Below, in pieces: positions 1 to 11,576 of a stretch of 46,702 bases of DNA; the stretch's first letter is position 1, and the number at the start of each line of letters is the position of its first letter. The translations under genes and the position numbers were made by a program. The notes under the pieces are model-generated. The model saw only the letters and a list, made by a program, of their open reading frames with translations. It was not told where the DNA came from and searched no databases. Source of the DNA: Craspedostauros australis (lineage: Eukaryota); contig JALAGF010002109.1 of the NCBI GenBank assembly GCA_030167865.1, positions 1 to 46,702 on the forward strand. Reading direction: 5' to 3'.

Positions 1-493
1 TAGACGTTATCGGCACGAGTCTTGCGACACTCCATCGGAGAAATGGATGGGAACAACCCGTGCCATTGGTCCCCCACGCGCAAACAGAAGAGAGGCAATG
101 TGAAGAACACACACACAAACGAAACACAAACGACTCACTGACACACACACAAACGAATCACAAAAGCAATCGGATCAAAAGTGGAGAAATCAAGTTCCGA
201 ACCAAAACACACACGGCAGCCATCGCCTGTCATTGTGGGATGCACCCACAATGAAGTTTTCTGTGCACCATCCACAACCATCAGGAACTTTCGCAACGGT
301 AGGCGAAGGATCAATAACAACGACACAACAAGAGCAACAACAGTAACATCAGCATCGCGATACCCAAAGTATAGTCTTGAGGCAAGCATTCGACACGTGC
401 ACAAGTGCAAGCGCTTCCCCTCTTCATTGATCGGAATGCCAGTGACCAGAATGCCCTTGCTGACTTGAGGTGGTGCAGAGAGTTGGTCGCAGG

Positions 494-520
494 CAGAGGA
501 CAGAGGACAGAGGACAGAGG
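494..520. repeat. 7-bp tandem repeat (CAGAGGA) x~4
   Basis: cagaggacagaggacagaggacagagg read directly, about 110 nt upstream of the BTB gene ATG. Confidence 0.85.
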
Positions 521-626
521 GTTGGGGTTGACTTTGGTGCTGGAAACCAGAGCGCACACGCACGAGTAGACGCAAACAGACACCACCACCAACAACAGCC
601 ACACCATTCATCCAATAGTGGGCACC

Positions 627-2664
627 ATGGTCGGCATTACTCCCTCAGGCGGATCTCTGGACAACCAGTACCATCACAGAGTGCTCCAGGACCTCATCCG
701 GGCGCTGCAGGATGATGAGCTCACCGACCTCACCCTGCAAGGATCCGACGATTCCTTGGTCCTGGCCAACCGATTCCTGCTGGGAGCACGGTCGCCGGTG
801 TTCAAGCGAATGCTCTACGGATCCTTCCAGGAATCGAAGCAAACCATCATCTCCTTGCCGTACGAGCACGCAGTGCTGGAGGCCGTCGTGGAATGGTGCG
901 GCTCGCACGAGATCTCCACCTTCCGAGTGGGCTTGGGACGCAACGCCGCTTCGGCCAGACGTCTTGTGCAGCTGGTGCAGGCGGCGGACTTCTTGGAATT
1001 GACAGAGCTCGCTCGGCTGGTGACGCGGCTGACGCATGACCTCGCATCGAGGTACCCGCCGTTGGCCTGCGTCGTGTACGATCAAGTGGAGGATGTGGAT
1101 CACTCGGCCGTCGGACAAGAGGCGATGCTCCTGTTGTACTGCCGTCCCTACGCCGCGCTGCCACCGTGCGGGGAGACGGATGGAGGTGTTGCGCAGCTGT
1201 CGGCCGAACGTCTCCACGGCCTCTTCTCCTCGAAGCACGTCCAGGCTGGCGAGTGGTTCCTGTTCCAGATGCTGCAGCAGTGGGTCGAGGCACAGCCCGA
1301 CCCATCGCATGAGGATGTCGTCGAGGTCGCGAGGGCCTGTGCTGCTGAGATCACTCTGGAATGGATCGAACCGCAGGACCTGCTGGGTGCGGTCCTCAAG
1401 AGCCAATGGATCGCTCCCGACCTCATCACGGCCGCCATCACCCAGCAGGCGCTCAAGGCGTCGCAAGACAGGGTCTGGACGCTTTCATGTCGAGGACCGA
1501 CCGTGGAACGCATCCTCGTGGAAGGGGCGGGACATGCCAATGCCAACGGCATCTACTACAGAATACCCGGGCTGGCGAACGGGCAGCTGTACTCCAAACG
1601 AGAGGTCGCCTGCGGTCAGCAATTCGTCTACACGCTCAGTTGCAAGCAGCTCAATCGCAAGAAGGTGGAATGCCGAATCTTCTCCAGCAAGCTCCTGACC
1701 CAAGACGGTGTGAGGAAGATCATGGACCTAGATGATGAAGACGATGAGAACCCCCGGCAGTACCCCTTCCGTCCGCTGCTGCAGGTCATCCGTTGCGAGA
1801 CGGTCATCACGGACGCCACGCCAACCTACATGTCCACGGGTCCATCAGCATCGCTGGAGCGTCGCAAGAAGAGGAAGCTGCAAGTGAGTCGGCGTTGCTG
1901 CTCATGTCGCTGTTGCATGCGTGGATTGTGTCATCGTCGTTGTTGTTGCTGCTGCTGCTGCTACTACTGCCGCCGTCGTGATTGCTTTGAGTTGCACTCT
2001 ACCTGCGGGCACTCCACTCCATACAACACCCAATGCATGATACATGATACATGATGGACTCCAACTCTCATTCTCACACACTCCGATTACCAAAACGTCA
2101 ACAAATACACAGATCCTGTTGGTTTCCGACGGCGAACACTTCATCACGGCGACCATGGCGCCGAAGCTGAGGAACAGCAACAGATCCAGCGACATCGGTC
2201 TCAACAGTCTCATCAAGCTGCTGTCATACGAAAAGTACATCCTGCAGGGCAAGGTGGCGATCCGAATCCACAAAGTATCGCTCGTCAGCCAGGATCCGGG
2301 GCACCAGTTCGGCCATCCCATCGATTACTACGACGATGATCATCCCGCCATGCATGGGTCCGAGCACGCGGATGGCACGGACTCACCGGTCATCACAGAG
2401 ACATCGGTGGAATCGCACATCGGTGCACAGCTCCAGCTGCAGCAGAGCCTGTCGCAAGATCCGCCCAGCGACTTGAGCGAGTCGGAGGAGAGCCTTTACT
2501 TCTCCGAAGAATCCTTGATCAGCCTCTACTCGTGCCAATACGCTGTCAGCCACGCGCCTGTGGATTCGAAGATCCCGCGGCAAGGCTGGAAGGTTGACAG
2601 TGATGGGAATGCGCCGACACCATTCTGCCGTTGGATACCAGCTGCCAAGGATGCCGAGGCATGA
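627..2664 (+). CDS. BTB/POZ-domain protein with RPA70N-like OB-fold segment; exons 627-1883 and 2113-2664 (~602 aa)
   Basis: BTB signature 'LTDLTLQGSDDSLVLANRFLLGARSPVFKRMLYGSFQES...AADFLEL'. Phase-0 intron 1884-2112 (CAA|GTGAGT...CACAG|ATC) joins ORF 618-2054 to ORF 2044-2664 and removes the Cys-run tail. 'PLLQVIRC...ILLVSDGEHFITATMA...LNSLIKL..Y...GHP' resembles the RPA1 N-terminal OB fold. Confidence 0.85.
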
Positions 2665-4083
2665 GCTGCCGAACACGGATTTCATGTTGTTGTATGGATA
2701 CTGCACGATGGAAATCATGTGGTTGCACCACGGTGCCTGACTGCCCGAACCGCGTGGCGGACGCAGCCTCGAAAGCCTTGTGGCGCCATAAAGACTCAAT
2801 GGAGTCAAGCCAGGCCAGGCCCAGCCAATAGCAGTTGAATCGTGGAGTGGCGCTCAATCCATTGCAATACGGGACGGTATTGCACAGCATGGTGTGGTAT
2901 GGTATGATAATGCAAGTCAATGTGGAGAACCAGAACAACCGCACCCTCTGGTGTAATAGAAGCTACAGGACTGTTGGGATGGATGTGCAGACAGGCGCGT
3001 TGTTGAAGCGACGACGAAAGCAACCAACCGTACAAGTTTCCGTGCCTGCACCCCCTTCAGCCTATTTGGACATAACGGTGCTATCCTTATGTTGTCAACG
3101 TCCGAATATCTGCCAATAGAATATTGGACGGCCAGATCGCATCTCCTTGGTCCGTCGAAAGCACACCTCTGGAGACTTGGAGCAAGCTACATTCTATGAG
3201 TCTAGATCATTAGTCAGCGATTACATTCCACGGATCTTGCATGAGTTGGATGTTGAGCACACGTACGCACATGGTCCCACGAAGAGACAGCACTACTCTA
3301 CTCCCACCTTCAGAGTAGAGTCAAGTAGAATGCGTGAACTCGCTGATGCGGGAGATTGCCACATCACGCCAGCCATGTCCATGTTCGCCTTGGTTGAAGC
3401 CCTCGTGGCGGCGCTGATGATCAAAATTCTCTCCTTTGGTGTTCGGGGAATGAAGAAGCGCCCTTTGGCTGACAGTGGGAACCAAACACCTTCGTCATCC
3501 GAGTCCCTCGCATGGCAAGTACCGAGTTGGAAAAGGAGGATCTATGCCTCTCACTTGCCGTCTGTTCTGACAGATGTGTGGTGACCAAGCGAGGTCGTAG
3601 GTGCTGCGCCAAATACCTTCCCGATTTGGGGAGACGAACAAGTGAACCCGGTGCTAGAAAAGCTCTGATTGTTGCTTCAGCATTCGCATAGTTGCCACGA
3701 TTGCTGCCATGGTTCAAAATCGCATGCGTCGGCGCATTTCTCGTGTCAATGTCGTTGGTTCGCCTTCGAGGTGGAACAGAAGATACTCGTGCTGCGGTGG
3801 ATTTAAAAAGAAGCAAAGTACGAGCTATGGCATACTGATCCATTAGCAATACAGCCATCACCGATGCCTGGCCTGGTACCAAACAGTAATCTGCAATCAA
3901 TTTCACCATTTCACGACATCATTCTTTCCACTGACCAGTACGTATGTGTGTCTCGAATTAACAACAATTCACCGGCCGGTTTCTTGTGCTCATTGTCGAT
4001 TCTCAATCATCAATCGGCAGTTGCTTGCCGCCGAAGATCCACACTATGGTTCTCATCATTTGATGAGACCGAACATCAGCCGA

Positions 4084-5376
4084 TCATGACTCAGTCATTT
4101 CGATCGCCAACTTGCTCAGCTCCTCGTCTTTCTTGATGGCACACAACACATCTCCATTCGCCAATGTCATGTGCTGCAGCAGATCTTCAGGCTCCATCTC
4201 CTTCCCACGCGTCAAGGCGAACTGCGATAACTCATCCAGCCGCTGCTTGATGTATCCATTCTTCAACACCAAGGCTTCAAATTCGTCAAGAAAATCGGAT
4301 GTGGACTTGAGGCGTTTCTTCCTCTTGGATTTCGTCGACGAGCGGTACTGACGATGCAACAGATCTCGCAAGCACTGGCCGACCTTTTCGCGAGCCAAAT
4401 AATCCCCCACTTCGTACCAACGGTGGTCGATGCACTTGACGAAGCCACCGTTGGGACTTGCTTCGCGAACGGACTGCACGATCTGCGAGATGAGAGTGCT
4501 CTTTTCCGATCTGCCGATGGTACTGCTATATCGTGACGATGCAATCTCATGGATGATGGTACGGAATTTTTGGTTGCCAATGTGCTGACGGATGATCTTG
4601 CCTCGACCACAGATGACATCGCCGGCTCCGGGCTGGAAATTCTCGTCGAGCTCTTTCATTTGCTTCAGATTCGTCAAGGATGATAACTCATCTGACGCCG
4701 TCGATGGGATTGATGCCAAGGGTGGTGATGCAGGTGCTGACGATGATGCCTTTGCTCCAGCTTGTGTTGACGATTTTGAGGATGACGATGGTTTTGGAGA
4801 TGACAACGATGCCGAATTTGAGGACTTTTTCTTCGGCAATGCTGGTATTGTCAGCGATGTCGCTGGGAATGAGGCTCGTGGTATCGACGCTCGCACAATA
4901 CGCATCCCCTGTATGGCTGTCATCGATCGCGTCCGAAGAGACTGTGGTGGCGTCGGCCATTTTGTCGATGATCCACTTGTTTCGTCACTCGATTGATTTC
5001 GACGGAGGCGTTGGCTTGACTTCTGCGATGCAGACGTGTTCTCATCCATCGGTGGATGTGTTGACTTCGCGGGTCTCTTGCGCGTAGAGCGTCGTAACGA
5101 TGATCCCGTGGACGTCGTTGGCGGAGCCGATGAGGTGGACGCAGTTGACTGAGGTGATGAAGAGGGTGGCGATGGCAGAGACGGAAGTGGCAGGGGTAGT
5201 GGCAGTGAGGATGGCGACAGTAACCCCGTTGTCGCTTCCTCTCCATCCAATTCTTCCGGTGCATGTGATGCCGTTCCAGAACTGTTCTCCTCATCATGGC
5301 GGTGGCTCTGCTTCCTTCGTTTTGCATGCGGTGAGTTGGGCGGCACATTCGTCGACGAAGGTGATTCGAAGTTCAT
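4084..5376 (-). CDS. DUF6824-type protein with long Ser/Pro/Thr-rich disordered N-terminus
   Basis: Motif 'DVICGRGK...HIGNQKFR...Y...EKSTLISQIVQSVREASPNGGFVK...WYEVGDYLAREKVGQCLRD' is typical of the diatom-expanded DUF6824 family. First in-frame ATG is at 5376 (caacaaATG). The ORF track start at 5424 is a TTG, and an upstream exon cannot be excluded. Confidence 0.85.
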   Translation of the reverse strand: MNFESPSSTNVPPNSPHAKRRKQSHRHDEENSSGTASHAPEELDGEEATTGLLSPSSLPLPLPLPSLPSPPSSSPQSTASTSSAPPTTSTGSSLRRSTRKRPAKSTHPPMDENTSASQKSSQRLRRNQSSDETSGSSTKWPTPPQSLRTRSMTAIQGMRIVRASIPRASFPATSLTIPALPKKKSSNSASLSSPKPSSSSKSSTQAGAKASSSAPASPPLASIPSTASDELSSLTNLKQMKELDENFQPGAGDVICGRGKIIRQHIGNQKFRTIIHEIASSRYSSTIGRSEKSTLISQIVQSVREASPNGGFVKCIDHRWYEVGDYLAREKVGQCLRDLLHRQYRSSTKSKRKKRLKSTSDFLDEFEALVLKNGYIKQRLDELSQFALTRGKEMEPEDLLQHMTLANGDVLCAIKKDEELSKLAIEMTES

Positions 5377-8002
5377 TTGTTGTAGTTGTTGCTGCTGTAG
5401 TTGTTGCTGCTGCTGTTGTTGCAATGTGTTTACTGTCTTGCTGCACTGTCGCGCTGTTGCCGACAGAGGCCTTTTGTCTGCGCTGCAAAAGCAACTCGCG
5501 TGAACCGGAATGTGAGCAATGTTGTGGTTGAAGGAAGAGCATGTTATGACCTGTGGGGATGGATCTGTTGGTCGATGCGCAAAGCTCAGACCGGAACAAA
5601 AGAAACAAATATGTCTGTCTCATCAAACCAGTGCAAATCACCATGCTGACCAGTACGATTCGTGTGCGTGTGCGTTTGGGTGTCATTGCTGGCAACCGAG
5701 TACGGTGCTCCACGCGCACACGTACTCACACCAGTACCCGTACCCGCACAAAGAGAGCGAGCAAAGTGCCGCGAACAGAAGACACTCGCCGCTTTCGTGC
5801 AGAGAGCGCGGCGGAGGACGATCTCCTCATTCGTTGGATCAATCTCCCATCCAGTCATTCATTCAACCGCACCAGATCGCGCCACTGGTCAGCACAGACA
5901 AATTCGTGATTTTTTTCTGTGGGAAGCGTTGTCTCATTTCTGTTTGGATCAGGGACGAGAACGGGAAATGAATGGAGAAGGCACAAAGCACGATCAGTGA
6001 ATAGCGAAAGATGAATGGTGAAAGGTGGCTACATTAGTCCAGAAAGGTGTGATGGGTATTCGTTGAGTCTGAGTGGAATGCAGACATTGGTTGTTTGTTT
6101 GAAGCAGACGTCTACCGTGCACACAGCGTGCTGTGTACTCATTGTGTTCACTCGCATGTCGAAGCAAGGAAGATTCATTGAAAGTGGAACACGACCTGTA
6201 CACCATGCCGTATCTTTTGCTGAAGGATTTGCCTTTCGTTGACACGAGTGCCCATTGCTGCGCAGTGTCGTTCTTTTCAACGCCCATTGAGCCTTCGTGA
6301 ACAACCGGCATACGCACCAAGTGCATACGTCTCCATCGCCCATGATGAGAATCACACCTCGATCTGGACGGCAGGTCAGCAAATAGAGGTCAGAGACGAC
6401 TTGCAGTTAGTTCAGTGGATAGACGAGTTGCGCTGGTTCACTCTCGATTCCTTCCAACTTCCGCTGATACCACGGATGCGCCGTGCAGAATAGTGAAACG
6501 GTGGAGCATCTGACTTGATGTGCCACACACACTTGGTCAGCACTGACTGGCGCAGTGCACCTGTCCAGGTCAGCTTGCGGTCTGTATTGCAACAGAACGC
6601 ACACTGCTGGCATGATGACCACTAGTCAGTGCTCTTGTTTCGGTACTGTCGTTGGAGCCAACCATCGATTGGTCACTCGTGGTTTCTTGCCGCCGTTCAG
6701 CTCGAAGCAGCATCGTAGTCTTGACACACCGCGTATCTTTGATTCCAATTATCATGCAGCCGATACTGCGGCTCAGCGATACTGCGAGTACGGTGATTTC
6801 CTCTCCCGTCTTCTTCGAATCTATTGCCTTCAGACAAAGTCATATGTAGTCTTGATGATGATGACGTGTGAATACTCGATGATGCTCCAACCTGACCTCA
6901 ATTCGCCACTACTCTTCGGCATCTTATCGAGTATGGTCATCTGCCGCCTGCCAGTTGCCAGTCAATTTACTTGGCAATCTTGGACGCTCACCTCCGAGTA
7001 GTGGGAAGCATGTTTGACGGTGGTAACCCTGACATCCAGGAGGTTGTTGCGAATGACAACCAGAGGAGCAGAGTACGCCTGTTTTGTTGGCCTTGGCCCT
7101 GTTGCGTAACTTCGTGGTGGTCGTAGATGATGTGTCAACATGTGATGACTGGTGCAATCGCACCCCGTCGCCCATCCATCCACATCAGACCATCAACAAA
7201 AGCACCATTGTGACTACTGCATTCTTGTGGTGTCGCTGCTGGTGTTGTCATCGCCGGTAATATTGATGTCGATATCGATGTCGATGTTGGTATTGGTGTC
7301 GGTATCGATTCTGGTGTGATCTTCCCATGAAGAATGGCGGAAGTTTGCAAAGTTGCGTCGTCGAAAATCTAGGTGGTCCGTGTCTCGAGCCGAGGGTGAC
7401 AGCAACACCAAAGAAAGGTGCAAAGAAGAAAAAGAAAACAAAAACGGTCGGCATTTGTCCATCTCTGTGTGATTGCCACTGGCCGCCATTCCCCAACTGT
7501 GTCTCATCCAAATGGTTACCATCGGCCAGTATGGCAGTCATCACCAACAAGCATTGACCGTGTGGCGACAGCAATGCCTCAGACGTGTGGAGAGTACCGT
7601 GATGTATGTTCAAGCACAAGCTGTTCGTACCTCGTTTTACTCAGATTCTGTCTCTCTGTCTATGATCTACTCCCAGAACCATGCGAAGAGTGGGGAGGTT
7701 ATCATCAGAGTCGATCGAGTCAGTCTTCTTCATTCACAGATCTTCGCGCCAAAAAGTATCTTTGGAGAGAAAAGAACGATCACACCGTGGAAAACAATAC
7801 CCAAGAGCAGAAGTCACGATTGACAATGGCGACAACAACAGCGACGAGACACCACTCTAAGTTGTTGAGATACAGTGGACTCACACATTCAGAGCGGAAT
7901 GAAAGCTGGAATGTGTAATATCAGACTATGATGCGACGTAATATGACCATGTGTTGATGATTCGGGTCTCTATTTATCTATGAGGAGGCACATCGGTCCA
8001 CT

Positions 8003-11000
8003 CTACAGGGATGCATCGAAGCACCGCGCCGCTCGTTTGCGGAAACGCGGCTGCCAGCATGCCAGCCGACCGCAGCAATCCTTGTCGGTCGTGCATCGCG
8101 ACCGGACCCGGCCGCATGTCTCGTCGCCGAACTGATCCTCCACCTTTGGCTTGCAGACGTTGGGATGGTTCGACTTGACGACGAAGCGGCGGCAATGGCC
8201 CGAACAGCAGTCCGTGTTGTCGACGCATGGCTGGTCCTCTTGCAGACAAACATCCTTGATGATTTCGGAGTCGTCGGTTCCCGGCTCTTGCGTTGGCAGG
8301 AATGATGGATATGACGATGGCATCGTGGACGGAACGGAGCTCGGGTCGAAGCTTGGCATGAACGAGGGGATCACGCTGGGAGCAGGCGTTGTTCCTGTTG
8401 GTAGTTCCGTCGGGCTGAATGTCGGGGTGGCTGTGGGGTCATCGGTCGGCATACTCGTCGGGTTGGATGTCGGACTGGATGTCGGCTGCGATGTTGGACT
8501 GGATGTCGGTGACGACGTTGGGCGAGATGTCGGGGCCGAGGTGGGATCTGCGGACGGCATCGCGGTAGGCAGTTGGCTTGGCGACGATGACGGGGATGGT
8601 GACGGTTCGCTGGATGGCAGTGGGGTGGGTGGCCTCGTCGGCGGTGGAATGCAAACGCTGGGCAATCTCCCCTTAATGACGAAGATGCGACAGAATCCGC
8701 TGCAGCAGTCGGCGCGCGACGAGCACGGGCTCCCCACATCGCGGCACACGAACTCGGTTGGTTCGAAGGTAGGTTCTGAAGAAGGGAAGATGTACTTCGT
8801 TGGAGAGGTAGTGGGATTGGACGTCGGCCGAGGTGTCGGCGGCTGTGTTTCCCTTGACGTTGGCAACGATGTCGGGTTTGAGGTTGGCAGAACGGTCGGC
8901 TGGGACGTGGGATCTGACGTTGGTCTCCGTGTTGGATTTGAAGTCGGTATCGATGTTGGATTCGAAGTCGGTCTCAATGTTGGATTGGAGGTTGGCATCG
9001 AGGTTGGATTCGAGGTTGGCGCCTTCGTGACATCGCAATTGACTCCGATGCACCATCGAAAGGACATGACGTCGGCAGATCCGCTGATGTCGAAGATGTA
9101 ATTGTTCGTCCTTTTCATGTTCCCGTTCTGATAGCTGTCCGTATTTGGAAACGGGCCTCTTTCGAAGTTCGAGGACGGTGCTATCCGCGACACGCCTCGT
9201 GCGTGGAATACGTCGCCGACATCACCCCTGTTGTTGCCTCGCTCGAGGTCGTACGCACCATCAGCCTGGAGCATCGCGATGCGATAATGCTTGCCGTTAC
9301 GGGGCCATCCGGGTTGGCCGGGAAATCCCTCGGTGTCGTAGTCATCCCCAAGACTGTCATCGATCTTCCATATGACCAAACCGCCTTGCGGCAGCGTGAC
9401 GTCAAGCCCCCGTTTCTGGCGGTTTTCGATCAGAAGGTATTCACCGCGTGGGAAGCCATGGCGACCGTCGCCTATCTTGTACACCTGCGGATGCCGCGGG
9501 TTCTGATCTTCGGTTGCGGAGATGTAGTTCAAACCGCTCGTCCGTGGTGTGACCTCAGAAAGCCAGCCCCATTTCAACTTGGACCACGCGGATGCATGCA
9601 ACGGGTTGAGCTGCGAGCGATCGAAGCCCCATGATCCACTTGCCATCAAACCGTACCGCCCGATACCTCTTCCACCACTTCCATCGTACAGATCGGTCAC
9701 GCCTGCGGATTGCGCGATTGAATAATTGAAACAGTGTGAAAATGTTGAGAGGATGGAGCAACGAATGGTGTGTCAGCGAGGTGTTCTGCGAGTACTCACA
9801 TGCACGCAAGCATCAGATCGTAGAAACAGATATGCCGGAGTCCAAATACATTGATTTCGTGACGCTCGCGGCGTATCGCACTACCCGGAGTATCCACTGC
9901 CACCTGATGTGTGCAAGCGTTCTGTGTGGCAAGCCCTGATATTCACACGTACCCAAGAAGTGACCCAATTCGTGTGCGATCACCCCGATCCTTGCGATGT
10001 TTGTTCCTGTCCGGTGCCACAGAGCCGAGTTGATGTTGTAATTGTACACCGAAACACCTTCCCTGCTCTTCCATCCCTGCCTCGTGTAGTACTTGCCATC
10101 TGACCAGATGGCCCACTTGTGAGACCAAATCCTGTCATCCTTTCTTGCGCCGAACGCGTCAGTGCCTCCGAACTCCGCCGCGTATCCGGAGTGAATGAAG
10201 GTGATGGAATCGATCATCCCATCTCCGTCCACATCGTACTGGCGGAAGTCGACGAAGTTGTCAACGATTGCGAGTGCCTCGTGGATGGCCTCGTGAAACT
10301 TGTATGAAAGCCTTTGAGTGCAGAAGTTCGGAATGAAGGACCATGCGAGTATGGTGGAGTATTGCAAGTGTGAGTTGAGGGGTCATATTGTTGAAGCTGG
10401 CTGATAGTTCCCGACTGCTTGCGTCGACGCTGTGCTTCGAACTGCGTGTTTCAACTGCATCCACGTAGCCATGGCTTACCCTGATTCTCCGCGAGCGTAG
10501 TGCTTCTCGGTTTTACTGAGGGTGATCCAATCAAGCACAGTCGATTCGATCTTCATCTGCCCATACGAGTTTTGAAGGAACACATCTCTGACGCTTCCTG
10601 TCGGGCAGATGATCCGATCTCCTCCCTCCTTATTCATCAGCGTGCTGATATCTTTCCTTGAAGGTAACTTCCTCCGTTGGTGGTCGTTCCATCTCACCAG
10701 TACCACCAGATTTTTCAGAACCGTGTGTCCGCTCGACAAACTAGCCACGTTAGGGACATGTTCAGGAGATACTTCGTTCTGGGATGCTATATCAAAGCCA
10801 CCGCCATCGACTGCGACATCGTCCGCCGGCTCCAATGGAATGGGCAAACCAACGCTGGAATCGCTTCTCAGTTGCTGCGTGCTCCACCTTTGTCCGTCGG
10901 TGATGTCGCATATCATGCCCGTGCAGTCGACCTCCGATTTTGTGATATTGTACACTTGATGAAGCCCAGCGTCTGCTGGATTCACCCCCGGGCTGACTTT

Positions 11001-11576
11001 GAATGCTGTTGGATCCACCACTCCACCTTCGTGCACATCCGCATAGACGTAGAATCCCTCTTCGTTCATCACAACGGGGAAATCTGAGAGAAGCCGAGCA
11101 GTCATCGTGTTGCGTTGTGTCGTGTTTTGCCAGCACGGTCACCATCGCGTGTTGGAAGTATTGTCGCAAATAGAACGTACCGTGCGAGTATGGCACAAGC
11201 ACGATGGGGAAAATGGAACATCGTGGAGAAGTGGAAGACATCTGTTTGGTGAGAGTTGGATCTTTGGTAATGACCACAGCGACAACCGCAACTACCACAT
11301 CTACCAAGGTTTGCGCGGTGGACATGGTTGACGCTGCGCACGGCATGATCAGCACACCAGCTCTTCGGATTATTGCAGCGTACGAGAAGAGTACGTACCA
11401 TTGATATCGGTGAGGAAGTTGCTGAATTCATCCCCATTCAGCTTCAGCACGATCGTGCTCCCATCCGGCTGGATTTCATGGTACGGTTCTTGATTCGCCT
11501 CGATGGCATGATGCTGTTGAAACGTGGAGCACAAGCATGCTGCTCCCAACAGTGCTGATAATATCCGTATCCGCAT
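8003..11576 (-). CDS. Secreted M6-family (immune inhibitor A-like) zinc metalloprotease with PT repeats and three Cys-knot-like modules; exons 11576-11399, 11083-10480, 10311-9953, 9702-8003 (~946 aa)
   Basis: Signal peptide MRIRILSALLGAACLC. M6 pro-region 'QPDGSTIVLKLNGDE', 'NLVVLVRWNDH', 'GSVRDVFLQNSYG', 'VDFRQYDVDGDGMIDSITFIHSGYAAE', 'IWSHKW'. Zinc motif HELGHFLG+VTDLYD, Met-turn 'GLMASGSW', 'EYLLIENRQ'. Three GT-AG introns keep frame (exon sum 2841 nt). Confidence 0.9.
8280..9030 (-). repeat. Coding 12-nt-period repeats encoding PTS/PTx mucin-like stalks of the protease
   Basis: Two blocks of PTSN/PTSM/PTSS/PSxx tetrapeptides. They produce the shadow ORF 8151-9101 (VGLDVG...) on the + strand. 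Confidence 0.85.

Noticed and set aside
1..611. Minus-strand ORFs (135-611, 311-607) as a divergent gene; 'VSKGILVT' briefly suggested TFIIH p8/Tfb5
   Set aside because: The similarity does not continue, the ORFs run through simple repeats, and I could not build a consistent exon model.
1884..2112. Poly-Cys C-terminus of ORF 618-2054
   Set aside because: It is read-through into an intron containing TGY microsatellites and (CATGATA)n.
3147..3909. ORFs 3147-3584 (+) and 3421-3909 (-)
   Set aside because: No recognisable motif or coding bias, non-ATG starts. Not supportable.
8151..9101. 316-aa Val/Gly-repeat ORF on the + strand
   Set aside because: Antisense shadow of the PT repeats of the protease.
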